A stretch of DNA of 64,000 bases from Podarcis pityusensis (lineage: Eukaryota): the NCBI GenBank assembly GCA_964106645.2, contig OZ067040.1; one strand, 5' to 3'. The notes beneath the pieces are model-generated. The model was not told the origin of the DNA. It searched no databases and worked only from the letters and a program-made list of their open reading frames with translations. Numbering within the stretch: position 1 is the first letter of the stretch; each line of letters begins with the position of its first letter. Shown piece after piece: positions 25,194-37,735 of this stretch. A program made the translations under genes and the position numbers.

Positions 25194-25246
25194 TTTGTAA
25201 CATGTATCCACATGTCATGTATTTGTAACATGTACCCACATGTCAT
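25194..25246. repeat. 28-bp tandem duplication
   Basis: TTTGTAACATGTA(T/C)CCACATGTCAT(GTA) occurs twice. Confidence 0.85.
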
Positions 25247-26190
25247 TTGGACATGGTGTTGATATTTGAACACACACACCCTTCCCGGAACTACTAATAG
25301 CATCACGTTTAAAACTCAAAACAATTTAAAGCACCAGGTATCAGCAGGTTAATTTAGTGAAGGAAGTTAAGCACAAATTGAAAAACAGTCTTACATGGTA
25401 GGGAAATCTCAACCCATCTGTGCTCTTCTTTGAAGATGTAGCACTCTTAGGAACTATGAACTCTAGCTAGGTAGAGTGTTTTTTTTTTTTATTAATAAAA
25501 TAATTGAAGCCCCAAGAATCCCAAAGACAGAGTCAATAATCTGAATTGTTCCATAAAAGAAATCCCTTTTGATTATGCTTACTAATCATTTTCCCACTTA
25601 GAAACACTTGCTATGCAAATTATGAATTAGGTGTATATGGGCACATAGGGAATAACAGTACTGAAACTTTTAATTATTAAAATAAAAATAAAGTTTGAGG
25701 ATATGCAATAAAGTTTATATCATTATGAGAATATTATACAGTAGTTGTGCTTACTCCTTATTTTATATCAGCAAAATAAAATGAAAATGACAGAAAGTTT
25801 TCTCAAGTACTGGGTTCACTCCATGATGAGTTAAATGCTTCAGCTGGCCATCTGAGTGCAAGCCAAACTCAGTGTGCTGGATCCTGACTCACACTTCTGC
25901 CAATGTTAAGGACTCCTTCCATTCACAAAAAGGACTACAATCCAGTGGACAGCGGCATCACTGGAAGGAGGAGGGGAAAGGTGGTTTTCACATATTTCCC
26001 TGGCAGCCCCTCACAACACCGCTCATGGTGTTCAAGAGAGTCCTTCAGCCTTCCAGAACAGATTCAGGGTTGAAGGAAGAAATGGTGAAAAGTGATTCTA
26101 CTGCAGTCCATAAGGACAACCAGCAGAAGCATCCCTTAAGAGGAATTCCATTTACAGGAATTCTGGATCCAAGTCCATTATAGTGTGTGT

Positions 26191-26429
26191 TAGGCCTGGG
26201 CACAACCCAATCTGGGCACCCAATCCAGACCTCTGGATTGCACCCAACTTGGCCCAGATCCACCTCCAAATCAATTTGACAAAGCAAATTGAAAGCCTGG
26301 CAGCCATGGATGGCGGCACATGGTCCAACACAGGGCAATCCAGGGCTGTCTTGACCCAACTTAGCTCAAGCCCAGATCCTCCTGAATAGGCTTGCTTCTG
26401 TTTGGGATTTGGGACCTGGCACAGCCCTA
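26191..26429. mobile_element. Probable hAT MITE
   Basis: TAGGCCTGGGCAC ... GGCACAGCCCTA imperfect TIR with CCCAA/CCAGA subterminal repeats; TSD degenerate. Confidence 0.5.
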
Positions 26430-27724
26430 GCTTGTGTGATCCACTAACAACAGCCCTGCCAAAAAAGAAAGAAAGAAATCCCCAGGAAGTTAATGTCCTC
26501 TAGAATATGCAAAGTAATGTATCCCTTTGGGATCACAGATGGCCATTTATGAAATGCCAATTCTCCACATTGTTCAGGTAACCACATCGTTATCGAGCAA
26601 GCTTTCATGAGCTACTGGGTGGTGACACAAATTTAACCACATCCTCTGGATTTGCCATTGGGTGTAGTTGAGTGCTTAAATTATTTTTTGGCATCTGAAT
26701 TTGGATTCTGAATATTGGCATATTACCAAGCTGTTCTATCAACTGTCCAAGAATAAAGAGTAACAATTATCTAAAGAAGTACCATAAGTATCACACAGTC
26801 AGCTATTTGACTGCACACATAGCTAGTTAAAAGAGGAAACCAGAGGAATTTGGCTTTAATAGACTGAGGGCAATCTATTGCTGTGTTGAAGTTTCTTTGA
26901 AAATCTATTATGCAGATCCAACGGTATATGATATTTGTAAAAGGGCTAATATTAGCATGACCATGATTTATTTTAGATAAAACCATATATTTCTCCAAGG
27001 CACTCTCTTCAAAGCATCATTATTACTTTATTAAATACTACTTTTGCCTACTTGGGCTTAACAAACAAATCTAATGGCATGAAAGAATTTAATTTCAGAG
27101 CTAAATGATAATTTGTCAGGCACTGTTAATTCACGTAATTCAAAGTTAATTATGTTTGCTGTATTAGGGAGTGCTGTAATTTTGGTCTGTTCAGCTGCAG
27201 CTTTTCTAAAATTGTACAGTTTGATTTGGCAAGTCAGATATTGAAAGCTTATGGAAAACATATATAAAATTGGGATGCACACTTTTTATAAAGGTGCATT
27301 TAAATGCTAAATAATAATATTTTCCCATGCCCACATATATGCATTTAAGAACAGCTAAGTCAAAATTTCAGAATTTCCCAAGATACCAAATGTGCAAATC
27401 TGTGGTTTGCTAAATGTACATCCCAATGCTGAAAGAAAGATCTGTAAAATGGGTGTTGTTTCTGATTATTTTTTGGATGGATCTAAGACTGTAGAACATT
27501 TTGGCTGCTGGACTGTTTTGATGGTCACCAATTAGCCACCACATGGAACTTGATAAATCTTCTGTTTTCATTGCTTGCCATAAACTGCAAAAACAAGTAA
27601 TGTGAGCTGAGCTTGGTTAGGTGGCCAAAACGTCAAGCAGTAATAGATACTCAGACAAACTTTGATTAGAACTTTATTTCAGGATTATACTACACCGAGC
27701 ATAACCCTCTTCTTTCAATATTTT

Positions 27725-28110
27725 CACAGAATCATAGAATTGTTGGAAGGGAAGCCCAAAGGTCATCTAGACCAATCCCCTGCAAAGCAGGAATCTCAGC
27801 TAAAGCATCACTGAAAGATGGCCACCCAACCTTTGCTGAAAAACCTCCAATGAAGGAGAACCCCTGACCTCTTTAGAGAGTCTGTTCCACTCCCAAACAG
27901 CTCTCACCTCCAGAAAGTTCTTCTTGGTGTTTAGTCAGAATCTCTTTGCTTGAAACTTGAATCCATTGGTTTAGGTTCTAGCCTTCAGAGCAGGAGAAAA
28001 TAAGCTTGCTCCATCTTCCATGTGACAGCCCTTGAGATATTTGAAGATGACTGTCATCAGTCTCCTCTTTACCAGGCTAAACATACCCAGCTCCTTCAAC
28101 CGTTCCTCAT
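27725..28110 (-). mobile_element. CR1 LINE 3' fragment
   Basis: CAGAATCATAGAAT tail; colinear with the 3' part of the CR1 at 62312-63369. Confidence 0.9.
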
Positions 28111-28953
28111 TTTAAACCCTTCCCCAGCAATTATTTTACTCACAATTGCTTCACCAACCTGATTATAAGAACATGCCCCCCACTTTAGTTATCTGGCTTC
28201 TTGTTATATTTTCATGTTTAATATCCACAGCATAGTGAGTGAGATATTTTGTTATATGTAAAGAAGACTTCAAGCTATAGCAAAGAAACTTCTGAAGACT
28301 GGTGGGTTCATTTATGTCCTATAATTACTGTGTGTAGAACTACAACTTGGCTCCAGGCCTTGGTTAAGTACACAATGAGTCCAGTAGCAGAGACATTTCC
28401 TCACAGTTCTATTCAGAGTCATAAATCACAGAGCTTCAGGGTGACACAGATTATTAATAAAGTCAGTTTTGTGGGGAAATGCTTGATTCCATTAGGTCGG
28501 TCCTGTCATTAGGGGAAGATAAGATTAGGCCTCTGCCTTGAAGTGCTGTATGTGCCTTTGGCCAAACTGAAATTAAATATGAACTCTTGTGTACTTTGTA
28601 GTAGAAATGCTATTGCCATCAAAAGAATTGGCTGCCTGTTGTACTTATTTAAGGAAGAGACATAGGTTGAAATTGAGCAGTAGAGTCCTGTATGTATTAG
28701 CAAGCTCTTCGACTGTTGCTGGCAATGGCAAAGGGTCCTCTTGTACCTATGGAACTCTTCCAGAGTCAACAATGGGCGTCTTGTATGTGCACCAATTATA
28801 TTGTATCTGGGTTTTCCTTCTGGTGTGCCCTTAGAACCATTTGTAACAGTCTCTCTCAGCCAGATGTGTCCTCGGAAATTTTATTCACATCTAAAGTTTC
28901 CTGAAAATTGAACACTGCAAAATACAACACTGTCCCATATGATGGGATATGAT

Positions 28954-29343
28954 GGGACGCGGATGGTGCTGTGGTCTAAACCACTGAGCCTCTTGGGCTT
29001 GCCGATCGGAAGGTCAGCAGTTCAAATCCCCACAATGGGGTGAGCTCCCATTGCTCTGTCCCAGCTCCTGCCAACCTAGCAGTTCAAAAGCATGCCAGTG
29101 CAAGTAGATAAATAGGTACCGCTGCAGCAGGAAGGTCAACAACATTTCAGTGTGCTCTGGTTTCTGTCACGGTGTCCCATTGCGCCAGAAGCAGTTTGGT
29201 CATGCTGGCCACATGACCTGGAAAGCTGTCTGTGGACAAACGCCAGCCCCCTTGGCCTGAAAGCGAGATGAGCGCCACACCCCATAGTTGCCATTGACTG
29301 GACTTAACCATCTAGGGGTCCTTTACCTTTATGTTTTACCTTT
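28954..29343 (+). mobile_element. Sauria SINE, near full length
   Basis: GGGACGCGG head with tRNA-like A/B boxes, conserved GATAAATAGGTACC core, (ACCTTT)n tail. Confidence 0.9.
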
Positions 29344-29454
29344 ATATCCCGTATTATCTACATGGGTAGATACACAACTTTTTTTGGGCAGTTCTTCAAC
29401 TTAGCTTATTCTCTACACAAGCAAGATTCTGGTGGTGGATCTGTTCAACAGATG

Positions 29455-29635
29455 AACCTACTGTGTTCCAAGTTAGACCATTAGTCTAACTAGACCTAGC
29501 ACTGTCGACACTAACTGGCAGCAGCTCTCTGGGATTTGAGGCAGATATTTCCCCCCTCCCTGCCTGGAGATGCCAGGGATTGAACTAGGACATCAGCATG
29601 CAGAGCATGTGTTCTGTCATTGAACCACAACCCTT
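29455..29635 (-). mobile_element. Old tRNA-derived SINE with a CR1-like tail
   Basis: Reverse complement gives GTGGTTCAATGACAGAACAC...GTTCAATCCCTGGCATCTCCAGG head and a CR1-type tail; a fragment also lies near 43470-43545. Confidence 0.65.
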
Positions 29636-30004
29636 AGAGAGGTTGCAACTGCAACTACATTTAGTGGAACATAAATCTTACTGCACTTTGCATCCACAGG
29701 ATTGGGCTGCATGTCTGCTTATTGTACTCTAGAAATTGTTGGATGCAGCCTACAGACAGACATATCCCATGTATCTTCGCATGGTTCTACCAAAGCACAA
29801 ATGGGAGAGCTTTGTCAGAGAGCCCCAACACACTGGGAAAGGGTTGCATGATACCACTGAGTGCTTTTCACATTTATGGAGGATGAACTTTGACAATACA
29901 GGTCAGAACACTGAATCTCCAGCTAGAACCCCATCATAGTATATTTGCATGGATGGTGTAACCATGCACCTAAATAAACACTATCAGAATTGATAGGTCA
30001 GAAG

Positions 30005-30271
30005 TAAGGATGGGAAATTTTTTTAAGGCACTACCTAATTCATACTTTCCAAAATAGTACATACAAATGCATATTTTAATGAGAATAAGTAACATACACA
30101 AATGTTTTATATTAGGGGGAATTATATTAGGGAGGAATTCGCACTAAAATGCTGATGAATGAGCTTTTTATATATATTAAAAAGTGTGAACTGTGGAGAG
30201 CTGAACTGGGAAGAGATTGGAAACATAATAAATGGAGAAAAAACTTGATTTGATAGATTTGCCCATCCCTA
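30005..30271. mobile_element. hAT MITE (TAGGGATGGG-type ends)
   Basis: TAAGGATGGGAAA / TTGCCCATCCCTA; TSD GTCAGAAG/GTCAGGAG; longer relative at ~36780-37165. Confidence 0.75.
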
Positions 30272-31805
30272 GTCAGGAGCGAGATGTTTCATGCATATAA
30301 TCTAAACCACAAGATTATGGGTGGTAGCTAATTATGTTTTATTCAGAGGAGACCCACTGAAATTCATGGCCGTGATTAATTTTAATGGGTCTATTCTAAG
30401 TTAAACTGAATACTGTCCTATATGTATAGATTTTGCACTGGGTGCCCTGATCTCTCTACTGGTTTCTCAGACTTACTGCATATTCTTACCAGCCTCCATA
30501 AACTTTCTGGCTGTGTTTTTCATAGTTCCCACAGCTGCTGGAGTTCAGCAGGCAAGGACTGCTGTTTGTTTTCTGATGCGAGCAATGGAAAGCCATGGAA
30601 AATGTAGAAGGCTTGATTAAAATGCAGCCTCCACTCACTCATACACTCTGGTTAAGCACCGTTGCTAACCTGCACCACTGATGCAGTAGCTGACTAGAAG
30701 CAGATGCTTGCCAGAGATGCTACATGTCAAGGAACTCAGCAGCAGGGATTAATTAAAAGACCACAGGCATCTATAAATCTGTGAACAGTTCTTCAGGAAA
30801 AAGCGGAATCTTCTGCATAGAAAAATCCTATGGCTGCTGCTAGAAAGAGAGCTTGGTGGTTCTTTGTTCACTTCCCAGTTATTCACAAGAGCACACGCTG
30901 TGTTGCAGTCAAATTAAGCAGCTGTTGAGCTGCTGTTTGCATTGAAGCATTTCTACTTAAAGAACTTCAGTTGGAATTCTTCTCCCTGAAGAAGAAAAGC
31001 CACATCATTTGGTTCCCCCAGGTTAGGTTAGTTGTTGTTGTTTTTTAAGTACATAGTAGGTTTATAGATGCTTCACCTTCTGCTGTTGAATTAGAGTATT
31101 TGATACTAGAATGTCTTTAGTGCAACCTCAATAATCTGAAATTTGAGAAATGGACTTTTTTGAGGAGCAGCATAGTCCTGATAGATACAGCTACAATCCA
31201 GAGGGATGAAAAAACACACAGGTGTGTTTAAATGCTCACTGAAATCAATGATGCTCAAGAGTTTAATTGCCTAGGTCTCTAAGTTTTTATTGTTTGATAT
31301 TTTATCACTTTTTTATTTTGTTGGGAGCTGCCCAGAGTGACCAGCCAGATGGGTGGGGTATTAATGATTTATTATTGAAATTTCATGTTTTTAATAGCTA
31401 GAATTAAGTCTGTGCTAAACAGATTTGGCTTTTACAGGCACACCAGGAGACACTTTTCTGAGGGGAAAAGTGCTTCTGTAAAGTTGAAAGGCCAACAATC
31501 ATGTGGAATTGATAGGTGAGGGTGGTGCAGATCTTCACCTGCGGAAAACCCCATGGGGAAAACTTGTAGGTACTCTTCACATATTATAATATCAAATTAT
31601 TCTAGTGTCTTGTTTGTGGGAGAGTGCAGGAATGAAGACATTTGCTCTGCTCCCTTATCCCTGTTTTAATCACCCTCTATGAATTGGAGGATGACCTTTA
31701 CATGTAGAGGTGTCTTACATGCTTTAGAATCTGCAGGGTTTAAAACCTGAGGGGAGATATAGAAGCATGGGGACTTGCTGTATATTTAATCTAACTATGA
31801 CTAGT

Positions 31806-32650
31806 TGTGATTCAAGGACCTGCCACCCGCTTGGGGATAAGAAAGACACATGGACACAGTATATTAGGTTAATAGGCTAAAAAAGGCCACAACTTTATTG
31901 ATTACAGCATGTGAGAGGTATTGGCTTAGGCATTGGATAAAACAACAGAGCATGGCTCCACCCCCTCAGGGAGGGTTGAGTCTAACAAGGGTTAACCACC
32001 AGTGGGAGGAGCCTGTTGATGCAAATACAACTGAAAGCTCCCCCTGATGTCACCGGGGGTCGTGCCATGGCCCTATACACCAGCAAGGGCATCGGACAGG
32101 ATCCATGACCATTGGATTCCTTCACCAGAATACCCATAAAGTGGAGGGGTAGGCAATGGCCACACCCTACCCTCCAATACACAAACATATTCCAGTGCCT
32201 AACCGCCAATACCTAAAAGTTGTGACAATTTGCTACAAGGTAGGCGGCAAACCAAGTGGCCGGTGCCAATTTGCCAGTTGGATAAAAATTCTGACCAGGC
32301 CCCTTGGACAACCAAGACAACCAACCACAGGTCCATAGCAATGTCAAGAACCAAGCAAAGAACTAAAGGGAAAGTGGGTGGGTGATCCAACAAAAACTAG
32401 CAGTGGAATAAAAGGGAAGTGCTGCTGCGGCCACATGTGAGCAGCAAAACCCCGCCCCAAGCCTCCACCTGATTGGTTGGCTACCTGGGGGTGTGGCGCG
32501 GCAGCCAGGCCAGCTGGGCAGGGGCTGGAATGCCCCCTGCCAACGTGGGAAACGGCTCCTGCTCACAACTCCTCCCCTCTGTAAAGGGGCTTTCTATGAA
32601 TAGCCACAGACAGGAGCCAAAGATCCTGCTCACCTACATGCTCACCAACA
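31806..32650 (-). mobile_element. Probable solo LTR (about 840 bp), left boundary uncertain
   Basis: GC-richer block; minus strand starts TGTTGG at 32650; CCAAT and GC boxes at ~32450-32480; minus-strand AATAAA at ~31894; no clean TSD. Confidence 0.55.
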
Positions 32651-33052
32651 TGCAAGGACTTATAGGATCATTGTAACAAGCAACTGGTGAGTACAAAAGA
32701 TGTGGCAATCAGACCTCAGAACTAGAAAAGCTAAGGCCAGGCAATCCACTGACCAGTGCAGTCCCATCTGTTTCCCCTTGCTTCCTACCCCCCTTAGTCC
32801 TTTTGGAAATAAAAGGAAGGAAGGTTAAGGAAGTGGGTCAAATGGTTTATAAGTGTCAGAAGCACACTAGCAATTTAAGATATATCAATTGCCTTCAGAA
32901 AGAAAAAAAGTTTTCTAGGGGTGACAACACATGACTGCAAATGGAAGCTGTAAATGAAAGAAGGTAGTAGAATCAGAATGTCAAGGTAGAACTGCAAATG
33001 CAAATTGGAATGATGCACATATTTTTCTTTCACATTTAAATTAAGACAAATA

Positions 33053-33274
33053 CAGTTGTACCTTGGTTTTCAAATAGCCTAGTTCTCGAACGTTTTGGCT
33101 CCCGAACAATTGAAATCTGGAAGTGACTTTTCCGGTTTTCGAATGGAAGTCGAACATCCGACGGGGATTCCATGGCTACCGATTGGCTGCAGGAGCTGTG
33201 CTTTGGTTTTCGAACGCTTTGGAAGTCAAACAGACTTCCGGAAACGATTCCGTTCAACTCCCAAGGTACAACTG
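33053..33274. mobile_element. Tc1/mariner-type MITE, family A, copy 3
   Basis: Perfect 14-bp TIR CAGTTGTACCTTGG with TA TSD. Confidence 0.95.
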
Positions 33275-33288
33275 TACTGGATAGGTCC

Positions 33289-33460
33289 GTTAGAGCAGAG
33301 TGCTGATAATGGTTAGAGCAGAGTGCTGATAATGCCAAGGTTGAAAGTTTGATCCCCGTATGGAACAGCTGCATATTCCTGCATTGCTGGCGGCTGGACT
33401 AGATGATCTTCAGGGTCCCTTCCAACAGAAGGTTCAAACAGAAAATTCTGTGATTCTGTG
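33289..33460 (+). mobile_element. tRNA-Ile-derived SINE with a CR1 3' tail
   Basis: GTTAGAGC..GTGCTGATAATGCCAAGGTTG..GTTTGATCCCCGTA resembles tRNA-Ile; then GGACTAGATGATCTTCAGGGTCCCTTCCAAC and ATTCTGTG repeats. Confidence 0.85.
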
Positions 33461-33587
33461 GATAAAGGTTTGATGTATACAGAAACAAGAGGAGGTTTCT
33501 TACTGTGTTCAGAGAAGGCAGTGGTGAGAGTTAAAATCCATCTCACAGTAAGCTCAGGGTCTAGATATGTTTTCATCTTCATTAACC

Positions 33588-33589
<2 letters not shown>

Positions 33590-33628
<39 letters not shown>
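33590..33628. repeat. (TA)n microsatellite
   Basis: Read directly from the sequence. Confidence 0.95.
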
Positions 33629-33631
<3 letters not shown>

Positions 33632-35708
33632 CCACTCATTTGCATTTTATTTACTGAAGGTACAAAATGTCAAATTTTAATTGGCTCAGGAGGGCTTGGT
33701 ACAACAAAGGCTCTCCTCAAAGTAGCCGAAGATTTCAGACTAGGTCAATAGCAGTCTCCCACTGCAATTTCCCATAAACTATGTGCATCAGTATGAATCT
33801 ATTCACTGAAAAGCAAAACAGGGAGTCTTTGCTTGCATTTCTGCCTCAGAATAACAATTGCCATTGTCTGTGATGCAAAAGACAGAACAGAAACATTGAC
33901 CTCAACATTTACATTGTGCCACAGCTATATTGAACAGAATTCAATAAGCCAAATCCTGCTGCTCAAATATGTCTAACCAAAGACATAAGGATGAAAAAAA
34001 GAGTCTCTGCATGCTCACTGCTCTGAACAGAATATACTAGATTAAGTCCAGCCCATCATATATTCACAACAAAGGCATTTCCTTTGGTAAGAAAGGACAG
34101 GACATAAAAGTTATAAAGATAAATAAATATGCCCTGAACCAGCCTTCACCAACCTGGCCTCCTCTAGAAGTTTTGGATCACAACTTCCAACCAGCATAAT
34201 CAATCAATCATTTTATTTGTATGCTGCCTTTCCAAGTATAATTGTTTAATTGTACATTAAAATGGAAAATAACTCTGTATAGCTCTATGTGTACTGCTAA
34301 ATGCATAGCATGGAAACTTCTTCTGTAGCAAACTAAACAAAGCAGTTGCAGAGAGCCTAACAGTTGATAATTAAATCAGAATGTATCTCTTCTGCTCTTT
34401 CACAGTGTGTTTAACTTTAAATCACATGGGGAGTATTTAGTTGCAAATCTCCATTTTGTGTGCGGTAGTTCTTTGTTCTCAAACCACTAATGAGGAAGGT
34501 GTGTTAATGATCTCCCTTCAGGAGAACAAAGCCTCAGGCTCTGTTTGGAGTAATTTTTATATTTCATAGATGCTGTACCTGTGCTTGAACAAACATGTGA
34601 TATTGTGCAACTATTTGGATGTAACATTGTTTTGTGCCTGTTTTGAAGAAAGTTCTGTTCATAAAGCTTTTGAACCATATTTTTGGGCTGAGCAGTTTTT
34701 AATTCAAGAAGAGTCAGTTTTCATTCATCCTACTGCCTCCATATGCACAATATTAACAAACACAATACATTTTACATCTAGAAGAGTGTAACTCTAATTT
34801 AAAATACATGGGGTTGTTTCCATTTATGCCCTTCTGCTAGGCCTCCGCTAACAGAGAGTGAGGAGTTATTTTCCCCCAATTCCGTTCTTCTCTTGCAACC
34901 TTCCACACTTCCAAAGGGTCCCCCAACTCCCATAGCAGACTGTTAGGGAACTGATGCAGGGAAGAGGGAGAATTGTTGAAACTCACTACCCCTCTTTCTA
35001 TTAACGAAAATTCTCCAGGACCTGAATGAATAGCAAGAGTAAGTTTAATCCATATTTAGACTTTTTTCCCCAGTTGTGATTGTATGGTGTTCCCCTATCA
35101 CCACCAAAAATTGCTTGGGTTTTGGGTGGGAGGAAAGACATTTTCTTTCCAGTCTGTCACAGAATGAATAAACTGTTTCTAAACTTAGGATAGCTCACAG
35201 TCGATGAAATGATACACATTGCAAATAGCACTCCACTGGCAAGCAGTCAAATCACAGCAGCTCTTTTAAAATCCAACTGCTTGCTTTCAAAAGATGTTTT
35301 TCTACATTTATTCTCCATGATGAATGAAGAGCAAATGTTGACAGAAGGTATTCAGTGCTCAAAGTAAAAGAATATTCTCAGTACTACTTATATAGAATTT
35401 CGGGTGTCCACTGACAACACAAAATTTAATAAGCATTGCAATTAGGTTTTAAAGTTTTTTCCTCCTCCAAGTGAACAGACATTGCCTCATGGTGATGCTT
35501 TATTATAATGACCATAAAGAGAACATGTGCAAGATTTTCCCCCCCGGTGGCTTTGATAAAAAAAATGTTGATGTCATGGTAGCAAATAGTTGCATTTCCT
35601 GTCATAAAGAAACAATAGCTGCATTTAATTGATTTGCTGCTCTTGGCCCCTAGTACATGAATTTTAGCCAAGTCAGTGGTTCCTTGGCCAGTATGTTTCA
35701 TGCTAAGT

Positions 35709-35854
35709 CAAGGGTGCCAACCTGAACAATCGATCACAAGACACCGCACACACACCCCATTTGAATGGCAATGCCTATCAACTTTGGGGGACGGCCCCCT
35801 CAGATATGTTATGGGGAGGCAAAGGGACCTTGGCCCCAAGGAGTTGCTCCTATG
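35709..35854. mobile_element. hAT MITE, family B (inverted relative to the copy at 46025)
   Basis: CAAGGGTGCCAAC ... GTTGCTCCTATG; TSD TGCTAAGT/TGCTAAGG. Confidence 0.8.
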
Positions 35855-36199
35855 TGCTAAGGGGACATGCACAAGATACCTATTACTTATATTATAATGA
35901 CTTGAAAATAAGCAGAGCCACTATTTCTCCCACCCGTCCAGCTAAATAAATAAATAAAATCAGAAAATGTTTCTCTCTCCTAATTTCTTAGCCAATCTGA
36001 ATTTGAATATACAGCCTAGATTTTGTTTGTTTGTTTGTTTGTTCGATCTTCTGACGTTTAGCAAAACTTTTTAGACAGCTGAAGGACAAGGGGCGCCATA
36101 CGCATGTTAATCAAAGCCCTGCTCGATTAAGTGAAAGGCACAGCTTATTCTTCATCCTGGCCTCACCATGGAAAACCAGACCCTTATAGGGAGCCCACA

Positions 36200-36700
36200 A
36201 GCAAGACCTGAATTCAACAGCCAATTGTGATTCCAAGCAGAGTCAGACATTCAGATGCATCCTGCTTCCAACAGCGGAGGTTGAACATAAACATCATGGC
36301 TAGTAGGCATTTGATAGCTTTATCCTCCATGGATTTGCCTGACCCTCTTTTAAAGCCATCCAAGTTGATGGCCGTCATTACATCTTGTGGAGTGCAGTGT
36401 GAAGAAGCACTTTATTCTGACTTTCTTAACTCTTTCAACATTCAGTTTCATTGGATGACCCTGAGTTTTAGTATTCTGATACAATGCATAGTTTTATACA
36501 CTTCTATCCTATCCTCCTCTTACTGGCCTTTTTTCTAAAGTAAAAAGTTCCAAATGGTGCAACCTTTCCTCACAGGGAAGTTGCTCCACCCCCTTGATCA
36601 CTGTGGTTGCCCTTCTCTGAACCTTTTCCAGTTCCATGATTTTGGATGAAGCAACCTGAGCTGAACACAGTATTCCAAGTGTGGTGATACCACAGAATGG
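36200..36700 (-). mobile_element. Decayed CR1 ORF2 3' fragment
   Basis: Minus-strand ELEKVQRRATTVIKGVEQLPCEERLHHLELFTLEKR. Confidence 0.85.
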
Positions 36701-37287
36701 GATTACTAGCTCACAAGCCTTTTCATGGTCCTCCATTTCATCAGCCACAAAAAAGAGGTCCTCTTTTCTGTCTTTGGTAGAGATGAGGGAGAACCATGAT
36801 TCAGTTCACATTTAAAGCCAAATCTAAATTTAATATAAGAACCAAAACACAACCATCCTTTGAAATTCTTGGGTGTTTGAATTCTGTTCTCCAGCCAAGT
36901 AATTTGTACAAGGATACTTTGTTAAAAATCACATATTAGTGAAAATAAAATACAAAAATGCTTTATAGAAGGGGGACTTGCTTTCTATGATAAACTGCAT
37001 ACATTTTTTAAAATATATATTAGGAATAATTTTCACTAAAATGCTACTGAATTTTCATGAGGACCTTTTTTTTTTAATGCAAACTGAGGTGGAAATAAGG
37101 AGAACTGAATTCAAGACTGAAGAAACGATAAACTGGGGGAAACCAAAATCGACAGATTCTCCTTGGTATGGTTTGTGTGGATGCCAGGGGAGAAGTTACT
37201 CACTGCATGCAGCATGCAGCATAGGGAGTGGGGAGAGAGACGGGGCCCACTGAACTGAACATAGTAGAAATTAGTTTATGATGAAAC

Positions 37288-37735
37288 TGTTAGAATTCCT
37301 GCACCGTGATTGCAGTCATGGGATTATTGTCTTTTACATGACGGTATATGTTTTGACTCCACAAAGTGGGAAGTGACGGAGACAGGATGTTTGTGTTACT
37401 GTATTCCGTGAAGTGGAACTTTTGTCCTTTGTTCTTTTTCTCTTTGCTGTCTGAGGCTACAGAGAGAGGGAGTTATGTTGCAGTGCTCCGTGTGTGTTTA
37501 TATGTAAATAAAGTAGATTAGCCAAAATGCTGAGTTGCTGGGGTTCTGTCATGCAAGCTGCGAAGATTCTGCAGATCCCTAAGTGTGCCAATGTCTGGTG
37601 GCATCGGTCACTGTGATTTTCCGGCAGAGGAAAGCTTTTGAAGCTCCCAAACGATCGACCAGGAGGGAGGGAACATGCCAGTCAGGCATGTGTCTCTACC
37701 AGGGTCCTACTCGAGTGTAGGATGTGCTCCTAACA
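37288..37735 (+). mobile_element. Solo LTR (448 bp)
   Basis: TGTTAG...CTAACA inverted ends; perfect 5-bp TSD GAAAC; AATAAA at ~37507. Confidence 0.9.

Noticed and set aside
25194-25246. Tandem p53-like elements (CATG-6 bp-CATG)
   Set aside because: The flanking RRR/YYY positions mismatch too often; a simple duplication explains it.
33289-33365. tRNA-Ile gene
   Set aside because: 5' end missing, duplicated segment, mutated B box and a CR1 tail; this is a SINE.
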